NCBI GenBank assembly: GCA_903864485.1
Contig: CAIPGD010000079.1
Coordinates: 1-63,635, forward strand
Reading direction: 5' to 3'
Length of the DNA: 63,635 bases
Origin: an uncultured bacterium
Lineage (GTDB): Bacteria > Pseudomonadota > Gammaproteobacteria > Burkholderiales > Burkholderiaceae_E
Positions 31,316-39,008 of this stretch are shown here, one piece after another. Position 1 is the stretch's first letter; every line of letters begins with the position of its first letter. A program made the position numbers and the translations under genes. The notes under the pieces are model-generated. The model was given only the letters and a program-made list of their open reading frames with translations, was not told the DNA's origin and made no database searches.

Positions 31316-32659
31316 TCAGAGTCCGTACGCACGTGCCATCAGGGTCAGGGGATGCGCAATCTTGTCTTTAGCCTTGTCACCAAGGCCTTCTTCAATGTGC
31401 CGGCCGGCGAGCTGACAGTCACTGGCAATCCAGTCAGGAGATCCACCGGGGTGTTCAGTCAGCTGGCGGAAAGCAGGTCGACCAATCTTTAGAGAGGTTT
31501 GGTGAAATTCCTTTTTAACGCCCCAGGTCCCGGCATGTCCAGAACAGCGCTCAACGGTATGGACCTGTGTCCCTGGGACGGACGCCAGCATTTCCCGCGT
31601 CTTTTGACCCACATTCTGAACCCGAAGGTGGCAGGCCACGTGGTACGAGACCTTGCCCAGTTCCACTGAATAGTCGGTCTTCAAAAGCCCGTCTTTCTGG
31701 CGATTGACGAGATACTCAAACGGATCACGCATCGCTTGTTTCACCGCCTGGACGTCTCGGTCCTCCGGAAACAGGAGTGGAAGCTCCTGCTTGAACATCA
31801 GGGTGCACGACGGAATTGGCGTCACGATGGTCCATCCATCCCGAGCCAGCGCTGCGAGAGGCGGAATATTCTTGTTCTTGAGCTCTTCAACCGAATCCAG
31901 ATCGCCCAGTTCGAGCTTGGGCATTCCGCAACAAGCGACCTTTTGAACGACTTGATAGGGGATATTGTTGTGATCCAGAACCTTCAACAAATCGTGACCA
32001 ATGCCGGGTTCGTTGTAGTTGATGTAGCAGGTCGAGTAGACCGCCACCTTGCCTTTGGTCCGCCCGCCGTCAATCACGGGATGGGGCGCAGAGACCTTGG
32101 CGTTCGGTAAAAATGGTTTTCTTGCGAATTCAGGCACCCACGCCTGGGCGTCGACGCCGAGGTGATTTTCCAGCTGCTTGCGGAACGCAGGCATGTGATT
32201 GACTTTGTTAACGATCTCAACAACCACTGGAATGGTTGCGAGCTTTCCGTTGCGGTCTGTCGAGGACAGGACACCATCGCGGAACTCAGTTGGCGAGCCC
32301 TTCTTGAACTGGATCGCCTTGGCCCGCAGCATCACGTGCGGAAAATCCAGGTTCCAGGGATGCGGCGGCACGTAAGGGCACTTCGTCAGATAGCAGACGT
32401 CGCACAGGTAGCATTGGTCGACCACTTTGGCGTAATCGCTCTTGGCCACGCCGTCGATTTCTCCCGTGCTGCTCTCATCGATTAAATCGAAGAGGGTGGG
32501 AAATGCGTTGCACAAGCTGACACAACGGCGACAGCCGTGGCAGATGTCAAAAATGCGTTCGAGTTCAGCTTCCAGAAGCAACTCATTCCAGAATTCCGGG
32601 GTTTTCCAGGCGACCGGGTGGCGCGTTGGCGCTTCGAGGGAACCTTCACGAACGGACAT
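31316..32659 (-). CDS. HdrD/GlpC-like iron-sulfur protein (two 4Fe-4S ferredoxin motifs plus Cys-rich CCG-type regions)
   Basis: CHGCRRCVSLCNAFP and CYLCDVCYLTKCPYVPP ferredoxin-type motifs, with downstream VACCGMP and CSGHAGTWG Cys-rich segments. Confidence 0.8.
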   Translation of the reverse strand: MSVREGSLEAPTRHPVAWKTPEFWNELLLEAELERIFDICHGCRRCVSLCNAFPTLFDLIDESSTGEIDGVAKSDYAKVVDQCYLCDVCYLTKCPYVPPHPWNLDFPHVMLRAKAIQFKKGSPTEFRDGVLSSTDRNGKLATIPVVVEIVNKVNHMPAFRKQLENHLGVDAQAWVPEFARKPFLPNAKVSAPHPVIDGGRTKGKVAVYSTCYINYNEPGIGHDLLKVLDHNNIPYQVVQKVACCGMPKLELGDLDSVEELKNKNIPPLAALARDGWTIVTPIPSCTLMFKQELPLLFPEDRDVQAVKQAMRDPFEYLVNRQKDGLLKTDYSVELGKVSYHVACHLRVQNVGQKTREMLASVPGTQVHTVERCSGHAGTWGVKKEFHQTSLKIGRPAFRQLTEHPGGSPDWIASDCQLAGRHIEEGLGDKAKDKIAHPLTLMARAYGL

Positions 32660-32821
32660 GACAAACTCTCCAGAGGGTCTGGGTAGGGATTTCAGAGAAT
32701 GTAAACGTCCCTAAAACCGGGAGCGTTTTGGAAGGGGACTGGTACGCTGACCAGTGCCCCAACCAGGGATCACCTAAGGATGACCTTAGGGTCAATCAAG
32801 GATCAACCAGGCATCAAGAGA

Positions 32822-33244
32822 TCAGGCGTGCAGAGCGTCCAGAGCTTTCTGGAACTTGTTTGCATGCGAGCGCTCGGCCTTTGCCAGCGTCTCAAACCAG
32901 TCAGCGATCTCATCGAAGCCTTCTTCGCGAGCGGTCTTGGCCATGCCTGGGTACATGTCGGTGTACTCATGCGTTTCGCCAGCGACAGCAGCGCGCAGGT
33001 TGGCATCGCTCGGTCCGATTGGCAGGTCGGTCGCAGGGTCGCCGACAGCGGCCAGATAGTCGAGGTGGCCATGGGCGTGACCGGTCTCGCCTTCAGCAGT
33101 CGAGCGGAACAGAGAGGCAACTTCGGTGAAGCCTTCGACGTCAGCCTTGTTCGCGAAGTACAAATAACGGCGGTTGGCCTGGGACTCACCGGCGAAGGCG
33201 GCCTTCAGGTTGTCATGGGTATGGGTGCCAGCTAAATTAGGCAT
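32822..33244 (-). CDS. rubrerythrin-family diiron protein lacking a rubredoxin domain
   Basis: Four-helix diiron ligand pattern: [16 protein letters not shown] (ExxH), [18 protein letters not shown] (ExxH). 140 aa with no C-terminal CxxC pairs. GGAGAG lies upstream of ATG 33244. Confidence 0.88.
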   Translation of the reverse strand: MPNLAGTHTHDNLKAAFAGESQANRRYLYFANKADVEGFTEVASLFRSTAEGETGHAHGHLDYLAAVGDPATDLPIGPSDANLRAAVAGETHEYTDMYPGMAKTAREEGFDEIADWFETLAKAERSHANKFQKALDALHA

Positions 33245-33363
33245 GAATTCTCTCCGTGGTTCAGTACGACAGTACTGCAATACAGGGTTTAAGGGCTCTT
33301 GGACGCGTGATCTTTGCGGTCACGACAGTCAGCCGGCATTACGCCATCGAAGCGTGGCGAACG

Positions 33364-34752
33364 CTAATGGATTATCCCGATGACGGCGTCCAGATTCGCG
33401 GGGTTCGTCCGATTGCGTGAACGACTGAAATCTGGCAACTCAACTCGTACCGTCAGCCCGCCGGTTACAGGCGAAAATAGCCGAACGGTACCTCCCGCCC
33501 GTTGAGCCAGTCGATCCACAATTGCCAATCCAAGCCCGGCGCCGCCCGCCGGGCCACCTCGCGAAGAATCCATCCGCGCGAATGGCCGCAACACCTGCTC
33601 GAGCGCATCGGCTGGCAAGCCTTGCCCCTGATCTTGCAAGACGATCGCAATATGCTCCTGGTGACGCGAAGCGGCAATCTGGAGACGCACGATCCCGTCC
33701 GTTGATTGCCCGTGGATCAACGCGTTGTCGACCAGATTGCTAACGATGCGTTCGAGGTCGATAGTTCTTCCAATCCAAATGAGGTCAGGCGGGACCTGAG
33801 CGATCCAGACCAACCCTCCAGTCTGCCGGGCCACGCTATGGGTCCTCGCGATCGATTCAAGGACCTGGCTGACATTCACTGGAGCACCGGTGAGTTCGTC
33901 AGGGTCCCTGGCGAATTCAATGAATTGACCGACGATCGCATCAATGCGTTCGATTTCTTCGACCATGGAACTTTTGGCTGAGACCTCCATAGGGGTGAGT
34001 TCAAGTTCAAGTCGCAGTCGGGCTAATGGCGTACGCAGGTCGTGTGAGATTCCCGCAAGGGCCAATTTGCGATCGCTTTCGAGTGCGCTGAGTTGTTCGG
34101 TCAATCGGTTGAACCGTCGATTCAAGCGTGCGATCTCACCGGGGCCCGCCTCTGGCAGCGGGTCTGGACGTCGGCCTGCAGCCACATGCTCGATTGCAGT
34201 GGCCAGGCGGGTGAGCGGTTGGTTGAGCCACCGGCTCAGCCCGAAGGCAATCAAGAGCGATACAGCCAAAGCAATGGCAATCCATTCCGCCCATTTCGGT
34301 TCTGGATGACGCTCGATTCGGTGGGGGTTGATTCCAATCCAATAAGCATCGCCCGCAATCAGGGTCCGGATCCAGAAGGCTGGTTCCGAGTTCACTGTGC
34401 TCGCCAACAGAGTGCCCGGGCCCATTTGTTCGCGCAGGCGCCCTGCCACTTCTTGCAGGAACGCGTTGTTTGGGGGCGTTTCAATTTGATCGGTGTCCTC
34501 TGCCGGCACAATCCGAACGCCTTCCTCTTGCGCAAGATCTGTCAAGAGTCGGCGGCGCAGCTCGGGCTGCGCTGCAACCAGTGCGTTACGGGTCAAATTG
34601 ACAACGCTGTTGACCTCCCAGGCCAACTGTTGAGCGAGGGGGGTTCGATCCGACAGCCGCAAGAATCCCATCCATGCAATCAGGCTGCTACAGAGAACGA
34701 ATGCAATGAGAAAAAATGTCCGCGCAAAAAGACTCGACGGAACGATCTTCAT
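33364..34752 (-). CDS. envZ: EnvZ-like sensor histidine kinase
   Basis: Two TM segments, a HAMP region, H-box ISHDLRTPLARL, and G-boxes in the ATPase domain. The ATG overlaps the ompR stop (ATGA). Confidence 0.85.
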   Translation of the reverse strand: MKIVPSSLFARTFFLIAFVLCSSLIAWMGFLRLSDRTPLAQQLAWEVNSVVNLTRNALVAAQPELRRRLLTDLAQEEGVRIVPAEDTDQIETPPNNAFLQEVAGRLREQMGPGTLLASTVNSEPAFWIRTLIAGDAYWIGINPHRIERHPEPKWAEWIAIALAVSLLIAFGLSRWLNQPLTRLATAIEHVAAGRRPDPLPEAGPGEIARLNRRFNRLTEQLSALESDRKLALAGISHDLRTPLARLRLELELTPMEVSAKSSMVEEIERIDAIVGQFIEFARDPDELTGAPVNVSQVLESIARTHSVARQTGGLVWIAQVPPDLIWIGRTIDLERIVSNLVDNALIHGQSTDGIVRLQIAASRHQEHIAIVLQDQGQGLPADALEQVLRPFARMDSSRGGPAGGAGLGLAIVDRLAQRAGGTVRLFSPVTGGLTVRVELPDFSRSRNRTNPANLDAVIGIIH

Positions 34753-35468
34753 TCTTGCCCGTCGGGGACAAACACATACCCAACGCCCCAAACGGTTTGG
34801 ATCCAACGCGGATGGGCGGGGTCCGTTTCAAGCAGCCGGCGGAGCCGTGAGACCTGAACGTCAAGGCTGCGATCGAAGGCCTCGTATCCTCGCCCACGGG
34901 CCTGAGACATCAATTTGTCGCGCGACATCGGTTGATTCGGATGTCGTAGCAACACTTTAAGGAGTGAATATTCACCGGTCGTCAGCGCAATTTCGACTTC
35001 GTCTCGGTGCAGTTTTCGGGATGCCAGATCCAGTGTGAAGGGCCCGAACCGGATGTTTCCGGACTCAGGGGCTCCCGCGATGGGTTCGGCTGCCCTCCGT
35101 CTTAAAACGGCTGCAATCCGGGCCAGTAGCTCGCGCGGGTTAAATGGTTTGCCAAGATAATCGTCCGCCCCAAGTTCGAGACCAATGATCCTGTCGATAT
35201 CCTCGCTGCGCGCAGTGAGCATGATGATCGGGGTCTTGTCTCCGGCCCCCCGCAGTCGACGAAGGATAGAGAGCCCATCTTCTGCGGGCAACATCAGGTC
35301 CAGTACGATCAGGTCAACCCGATCTCGCAGCATGAGGCGGTCAAGTGCCAAGCCGTCAGGCGCCACCAGGACTTCAAATCCACTTTCGCTCAGGTGCCGA
35401 CGAAGCAGCTCCCGCAACTTCGGGTCGTCGTCAACAACAATGATGCGATTTGAGCGCTGATTTGACAT
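34749..35468 (-). CDS. ompR: OmpR-family response regulator
   Basis: Receiver domain (IIVVDDD..., DLIVLDLMLP, LTAR) and winged-helix C-terminus (...WGVGYVFV). Confidence 0.92.
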   Translation of the reverse strand: MSNQRSNRIIVVDDDPKLRELLRRHLSESGFEVLVAPDGLALDRLMLRDRVDLIVLDLMLPAEDGLSILRRLRGAGDKTPIIMLTARSEDIDRIIGLELGADDYLGKPFNPRELLARIAAVLRRRAAEPIAGAPESGNIRFGPFTLDLASRKLHRDEVEIALTTGEYSLLKVLLRHPNQPMSRDKLMSQARGRGYEAFDRSLDVQVSRLRRLLETDPAHPRWIQTVWGVGYVFVPDGQE

Positions 35469-35511
35469 GGTCGGGCAAGTGTACTGATTTGAGCGGGACT
35501 ATCATTGGGGA

Positions 35512-35880
35512 ATGAAATCTTCTCTCGCGGCACTGCTTCTCGCTCTGGGCCTCTGCGGTCAGGCAAGGGCGCAACTGCAGGCGCAGCCAAACTTGCAGCC
35601 ATCGGCGCAGGACGGTGAAGATCGCGAGAGGACGCGGCGTGAGATGCGCGAGGTGATGCGCTCGGAGCGGGAGCGGTGGCGCGAGAATTCCCCTCCGGTC
35701 CAAGGCTGGGCTTGGCGTCCGCCAGCTCCACGGCATTGGGAAGGTCATGAGGGACGACTAACACCCAAAGAACGGCGTGAATTACGAAACTTGTTGGAAG
35801 AGACTGCACGCGAACGGCGAGCGCTTGCCGCGGAGCGTGGCACCGAATTGGTTCCAGCCGCCAAGGGGGCCGAGCGTTGA
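35512..35880 (+). CDS. small secreted Arg/Glu-rich protein, function unknown
   Basis: Signal peptide MKSSLAALLLALGLCGQARA followed by a highly charged, predicted-helical region (RERTRREMREVMRSERERWRE...LTPKERRELRNLLEE). It is divergent from ompR. Confidence 0.55.
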   Translation: MKSSLAALLLALGLCGQARAQLQAQPNLQPSAQDGEDRERTRREMREVMRSERERWRENSPPVQGWAWRPPAPRHWEGHEGRLTPKERRELRNLLEETARERRALAAERGTELVPAAKGAER

Positions 35881-36641
35881 TCGTCGCCCGAACCCCAGAT
35901 CCAGTTTCGTCGCCAACGATTCTTGCACTGGAGGTTTCCATTGACCGGTGCACGGTCGGTCTGCTCTACGCGGGCGCTTGCGTTTGGCGCGAAGCGTCTG
36001 GAGGGCGGGCGGCCGAGGCGATTCTGCCGTGTATTGAAACGCTGCTCGCCGATCACGAAATTCCGCGCAGTGCACTCGATGCAGTGGCCTTCAGTGCTGG
36101 GCCCGGCGGTTTTACTGGCCTTCGGGTCGCCTGTGGGGTCGCCCAAGGGTTAGGTTGGGCACTCGAACGCCCCCTGTTGGTGGTTGATTCCCTGGCGGCG
36201 GTGGCTTGGCAGACTGCGACGGCCCAAACTCAGCGTGTTGCTGTTGCCATTGACGCTCGGATGGGTGAGGTCTATGCAGGACTTTACGCCGTCAACCCCG
36301 AGGGTGAAGTTCAGACCGTCCATGCGCCCTGGCTGGCGGACCCCGACTCGCTATCAGCGAGCTTCGCGCAAGAGCTCGATCCCTCGACCGACTGGGTGGC
36401 TGCAGGCGATGCGTTTCGCGTCTATCCCCAACTCATTGAATCAGCCGAGCCAAACCTCTGGGGCAGGGTAGAAACCACCTTTGCGCCTCGAGCCGATGCG
36501 ATTGCGTCGATTGGCACAAGGCTATGGCATGCAGGCCTTGCCGTCTCAGCCCATGAGGCGGCGCCGATCTATATCCGGAATAAGGTTGCACTTGACGTTG
36601 GTGAACAGCGCGCGCTGAGAGTCTCGCGTGGACAAATTTGA
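35877..36641 (+). CDS. tsaB: tRNA t6A37 biosynthesis protein TsaB (YeaZ)
   Basis: ILALEVS... N-terminus and SAGPGGFTGLRVACGVAQG motif. The TTG start overlaps the upstream stop (TTGA), with AGGGGG 8 nt upstream. Confidence 0.85.
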   Translation: MIVARTPDPVSSPTILALEVSIDRCTVGLLYAGACVWREASGGRAAEAILPCIETLLADHEIPRSALDAVAFSAGPGGFTGLRVACGVAQGLGWALERPLLVVDSLAAVAWQTATAQTQRVAVAIDARMGEVYAGLYAVNPEGEVQTVHAPWLADPDSLSASFAQELDPSTDWVAAGDAFRVYPQLIESAEPNLWGRVETTFAPRADAIASIGTRLWHAGLAVSAHEAAPIYIRNKVALDVGEQRALRVSRGQI

Positions 36642-37116
36642 GATAAGGCCCATGGTTGCGGCGGATCTCGATCAAGTGATCGCGATCGAATCTGCGGTTT
36701 ACCCTCATCCCTGGTCTCGCGGTAACTTTGCTGATTCCCTCAAGGCTGACTACGACTCGAGCGTCTGCGTCCGCGACGACAGAATTTTGGCCTATTGGCT
36801 CCTGATGCACGCACCCGACGCATCACATCTCTTGAACTTCAGCATCGAGCCGAGCCATCAACGACAGGGCCTTGGTTCAAGACTACTGAGTCATCTCTTG
36901 GGGGTGCTGGGGGGGCGCCGCGTTGAAGCCGTTGTGCTGGAAGTTCGGCCAACCAACTTAGGCGCACTGAGTCTTTACGAACGGGCTGGTTTTGAACGCA
37001 TTGGGATCCGGCGGGGGTACTACCCAGCCGCTGACCGTCAACGAGAAGACGCCGTTGTCATGCGTCGTGATTTGTCTCGAGTGGAAGCCTTTGGAGGAGA
37101 GCGTAATGTTGGGTGA
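36628..37116 (+). CDS. rimI: ribosomal-protein-alanine N-acetyltransferase
   Basis: GNAT acetyl-CoA motif QRQGLGSRLL. Conserved tsaB-rimI pairing. Confidence 0.85.
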   Translation: MDKFEIRPMVAADLDQVIAIESAVYPHPWSRGNFADSLKADYDSSVCVRDDRILAYWLLMHAPDASHLLNFSIEPSHQRQGLGSRLLSHLLGVLGGRRVEAVVLEVRPTNLGALSLYERAGFERIGIRRGYYPAADRQREDAVVMRRDLSRVEAFGGERNVG

Positions 37117-37756
37117 TTCACCTTGGGCTTGGTCACCCTCGCAAGATCGCGCCTGGCGGATGCTCGGGATTGGTCCACGTTGGGTTCGCCAGTCAATCGA
37201 GACGGGCGCCCAATCGGCCAATTTTGATCAGGCGGCGATGATCGGAGCATTCAATCGAGGCCTGACTGCGCGCATGTTTCAGTGGCCAAATCATTCTTAC
37301 GAAGCCCAGGAGGTCCTGAAACGCGGTCCTGATAGCTGGCTGCTTCTTTCTCAAACCCAATCCGAAAGCCCCGCCCAGGCTGAGCATCTTCTTGACGCGA
37401 TGCTTAGTGCAATCGGCGCCACATGGTCCAAACCAGAGTATTCAGGCGGCCCTGAGCCGCTCAAGGCAATACGGGTACTTGAATCCGGACAAGTCGGTGG
37501 GGTACTCGTTTTGGGTAGCGAAGCGCTTGTAACGCTTGGCCATGAAGGCAGCCGCCTTGAAGACCTGCGCGGCCGAGCGCATCCGCTTCTGATCGGTGAG
37601 TTACAGATTCCAGTGATCGTCAGCTTTGGGCCACAACATCTCTTGAACGAGCCACTGGATAAGGCCCGCGCTTGGCGCGACCTCCAACTCGCGCGGTCGT
37701 TACAAGTTCAGGGCGCGTGTTTTCCAATCAGCGAAACTGAATCAAACTTGGCCTGA
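37106..37756 (+). CDS. uracil-DNA glycosylase superfamily (family-4-like) protein with degenerate catalytic motifs
   Basis: ...AEHLLDAMLSAIG... and ...GPQHLLNEPLDKARAWRDL resemble UDG family 4. The GE(A/G)PG motif position reads SQTQSES. GGAGGAGA lies upstream of ATG 37106. Confidence 0.5.
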   Translation: MLGDSPWAWSPSQDRAWRMLGIGPRWVRQSIETGAQSANFDQAAMIGAFNRGLTARMFQWPNHSYEAQEVLKRGPDSWLLLSQTQSESPAQAEHLLDAMLSAIGATWSKPEYSGGPEPLKAIRVLESGQVGGVLVLGSEALVTLGHEGSRLEDLRGRAHPLLIGELQIPVIVSFGPQHLLNEPLDKARAWRDLQLARSLQVQGACFPISETESNLA

Positions 37757-38970
37757 TTCATTTGGTGGCGCTTCAGCACGAGGGTCATCGCTGCGGCAAT
37801 GAACAACCCAAACATCCAGATCACGATATTGACCGACAGGTTGGCCTGAATCAGCAATGAGTAGAGCCCCAGCATCAGAAGCACGCTCAGATTTTCATTG
37901 AAATTCTGAACCGCGATGGAATGCCCAGCGCTCATGAGCAAATGGCCCCGGTGCTGAAGCAACGCATTCATTGGAACGACGAAAAACCCAGCGAGTCCGC
38001 CGACGATGATCAGTAAGGGATAGGCCCAATTGAGGCTTGATATAAAGGTCATGAGCGGTACCAAAAGGCCCATGGCAATACCGACGCGGAGCACGCTGAG
38101 CGACCCGCGCAAGCTCACAAATCGGGCGGCAAGCACTGCGCCAATGGCAATCCCAATCGCGACAACCCCTTGAAGCTTCGCGGCTGAGGAGAGCGCCATG
38201 CCGAGTTGCACTTCGGCCCACTTCAGGATGATGAACTGCAGCGTTGCACCTGCGCCCCAGAACAGCGTGGTGACAGCGAGTGAAATCTGCCCAAGTGAAT
38301 CTCCCCAGAGCTTCTTGAGGCAATGAGCGAAATCCTTCACCAGGAACCAGGGGTTACGCTCCTGGTGGGGGTAATGAGCGCCGGTGTCCGGGACCTTTAA
38401 ATTAAACGCCGCCGCGATGGCATACACCACGGCAACAACCACAATCGCGGCCTCGGCTGCGGTGTCGACGCCGGTATTTACCCCTGGGATTTCAAAGCTC
38501 AGCAGCCAACCTGAGACCTTGGGATCGATGAGTGCGCCACCCAGCGCGGTCCCTAAAATAATCGACCCCACGGTCGTACCCTCGATCCAACCGTTCGCAG
38601 CCACGAGTTTTTCGGACGGCAGCAACTCCGTCAGAATTCCGTATTTCGCGGGTGAATAGGCGGCTGCACCAAATCCAACGACCGCGTAAGCTGCCAACGG
38701 ATGGACAGACCAGAACATCATGGCGCAGCCCACCACTTTCACCAGATTGGTGATGAACATCACCCGGCCTTTCGGCATTGAATCCGCAAACGCGCCCACG
38801 AACGGGGCAAGGGCCACGTAAGACACGGTAAAAAAGAGTTTGAGAAGGGGCCGCATCCATTCGGGGGCCTGCGTCTCAATCAGCAAGGCGATTGCAGCAA
38901 TCAGCAGTGCATTATCGGCAAGCGACGAAAAAAACTGCGCCGCCATAATCGTGTAGAAGCCGCGATTCAT
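37708..38970 (-). CDS. lplT: MFS transporter, lysophospholipid transporter LplT-like
   Basis: 12-TM MFS protein. The N-terminus FYTIMAAQFFSSLADNALLIAAIALL resembles LplT. Confidence 0.7.
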   Translation of the reverse strand: MNRGFYTIMAAQFFSSLADNALLIAAIALLIETQAPEWMRPLLKLFFTVSYVALAPFVGAFADSMPKGRVMFITNLVKVVGCAMMFWSVHPLAAYAVVGFGAAAYSPAKYGILTELLPSEKLVAANGWIEGTTVGSIILGTALGGALIDPKVSGWLLSFEIPGVNTGVDTAAEAAIVVVAVVYAIAAAFNLKVPDTGAHYPHQERNPWFLVKDFAHCLKKLWGDSLGQISLAVTTLFWGAGATLQFIILKWAEVQLGMALSSAAKLQGVVAIGIAIGAVLAARFVSLRGSLSVLRVGIAMGLLVPLMTFISSLNWAYPLLIIVGGLAGFFVVPMNALLQHRGHLLMSAGHSIAVQNFNENLSVLLMLGLYSLLIQANLSVNIVIWMFGLFIAAAMTLVLKRHQMNQAKFDSVSLIGKHAP

Positions 38971-39008
38971 CGGGGCGTTATAGCACGCTCATAGGGGAAA
39001 CCATCGAG

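Noticed and set aside
35390-35953. 187-aa reverse-strand ORF spanning the ompR start and the small secreted-protein gene
   Set aside because: It overlaps the ompR 5' end in another frame and is antisense to two forward genes. Its Ala/Pro/Arg-rich composition is typical of spurious GC-rich ORFs.
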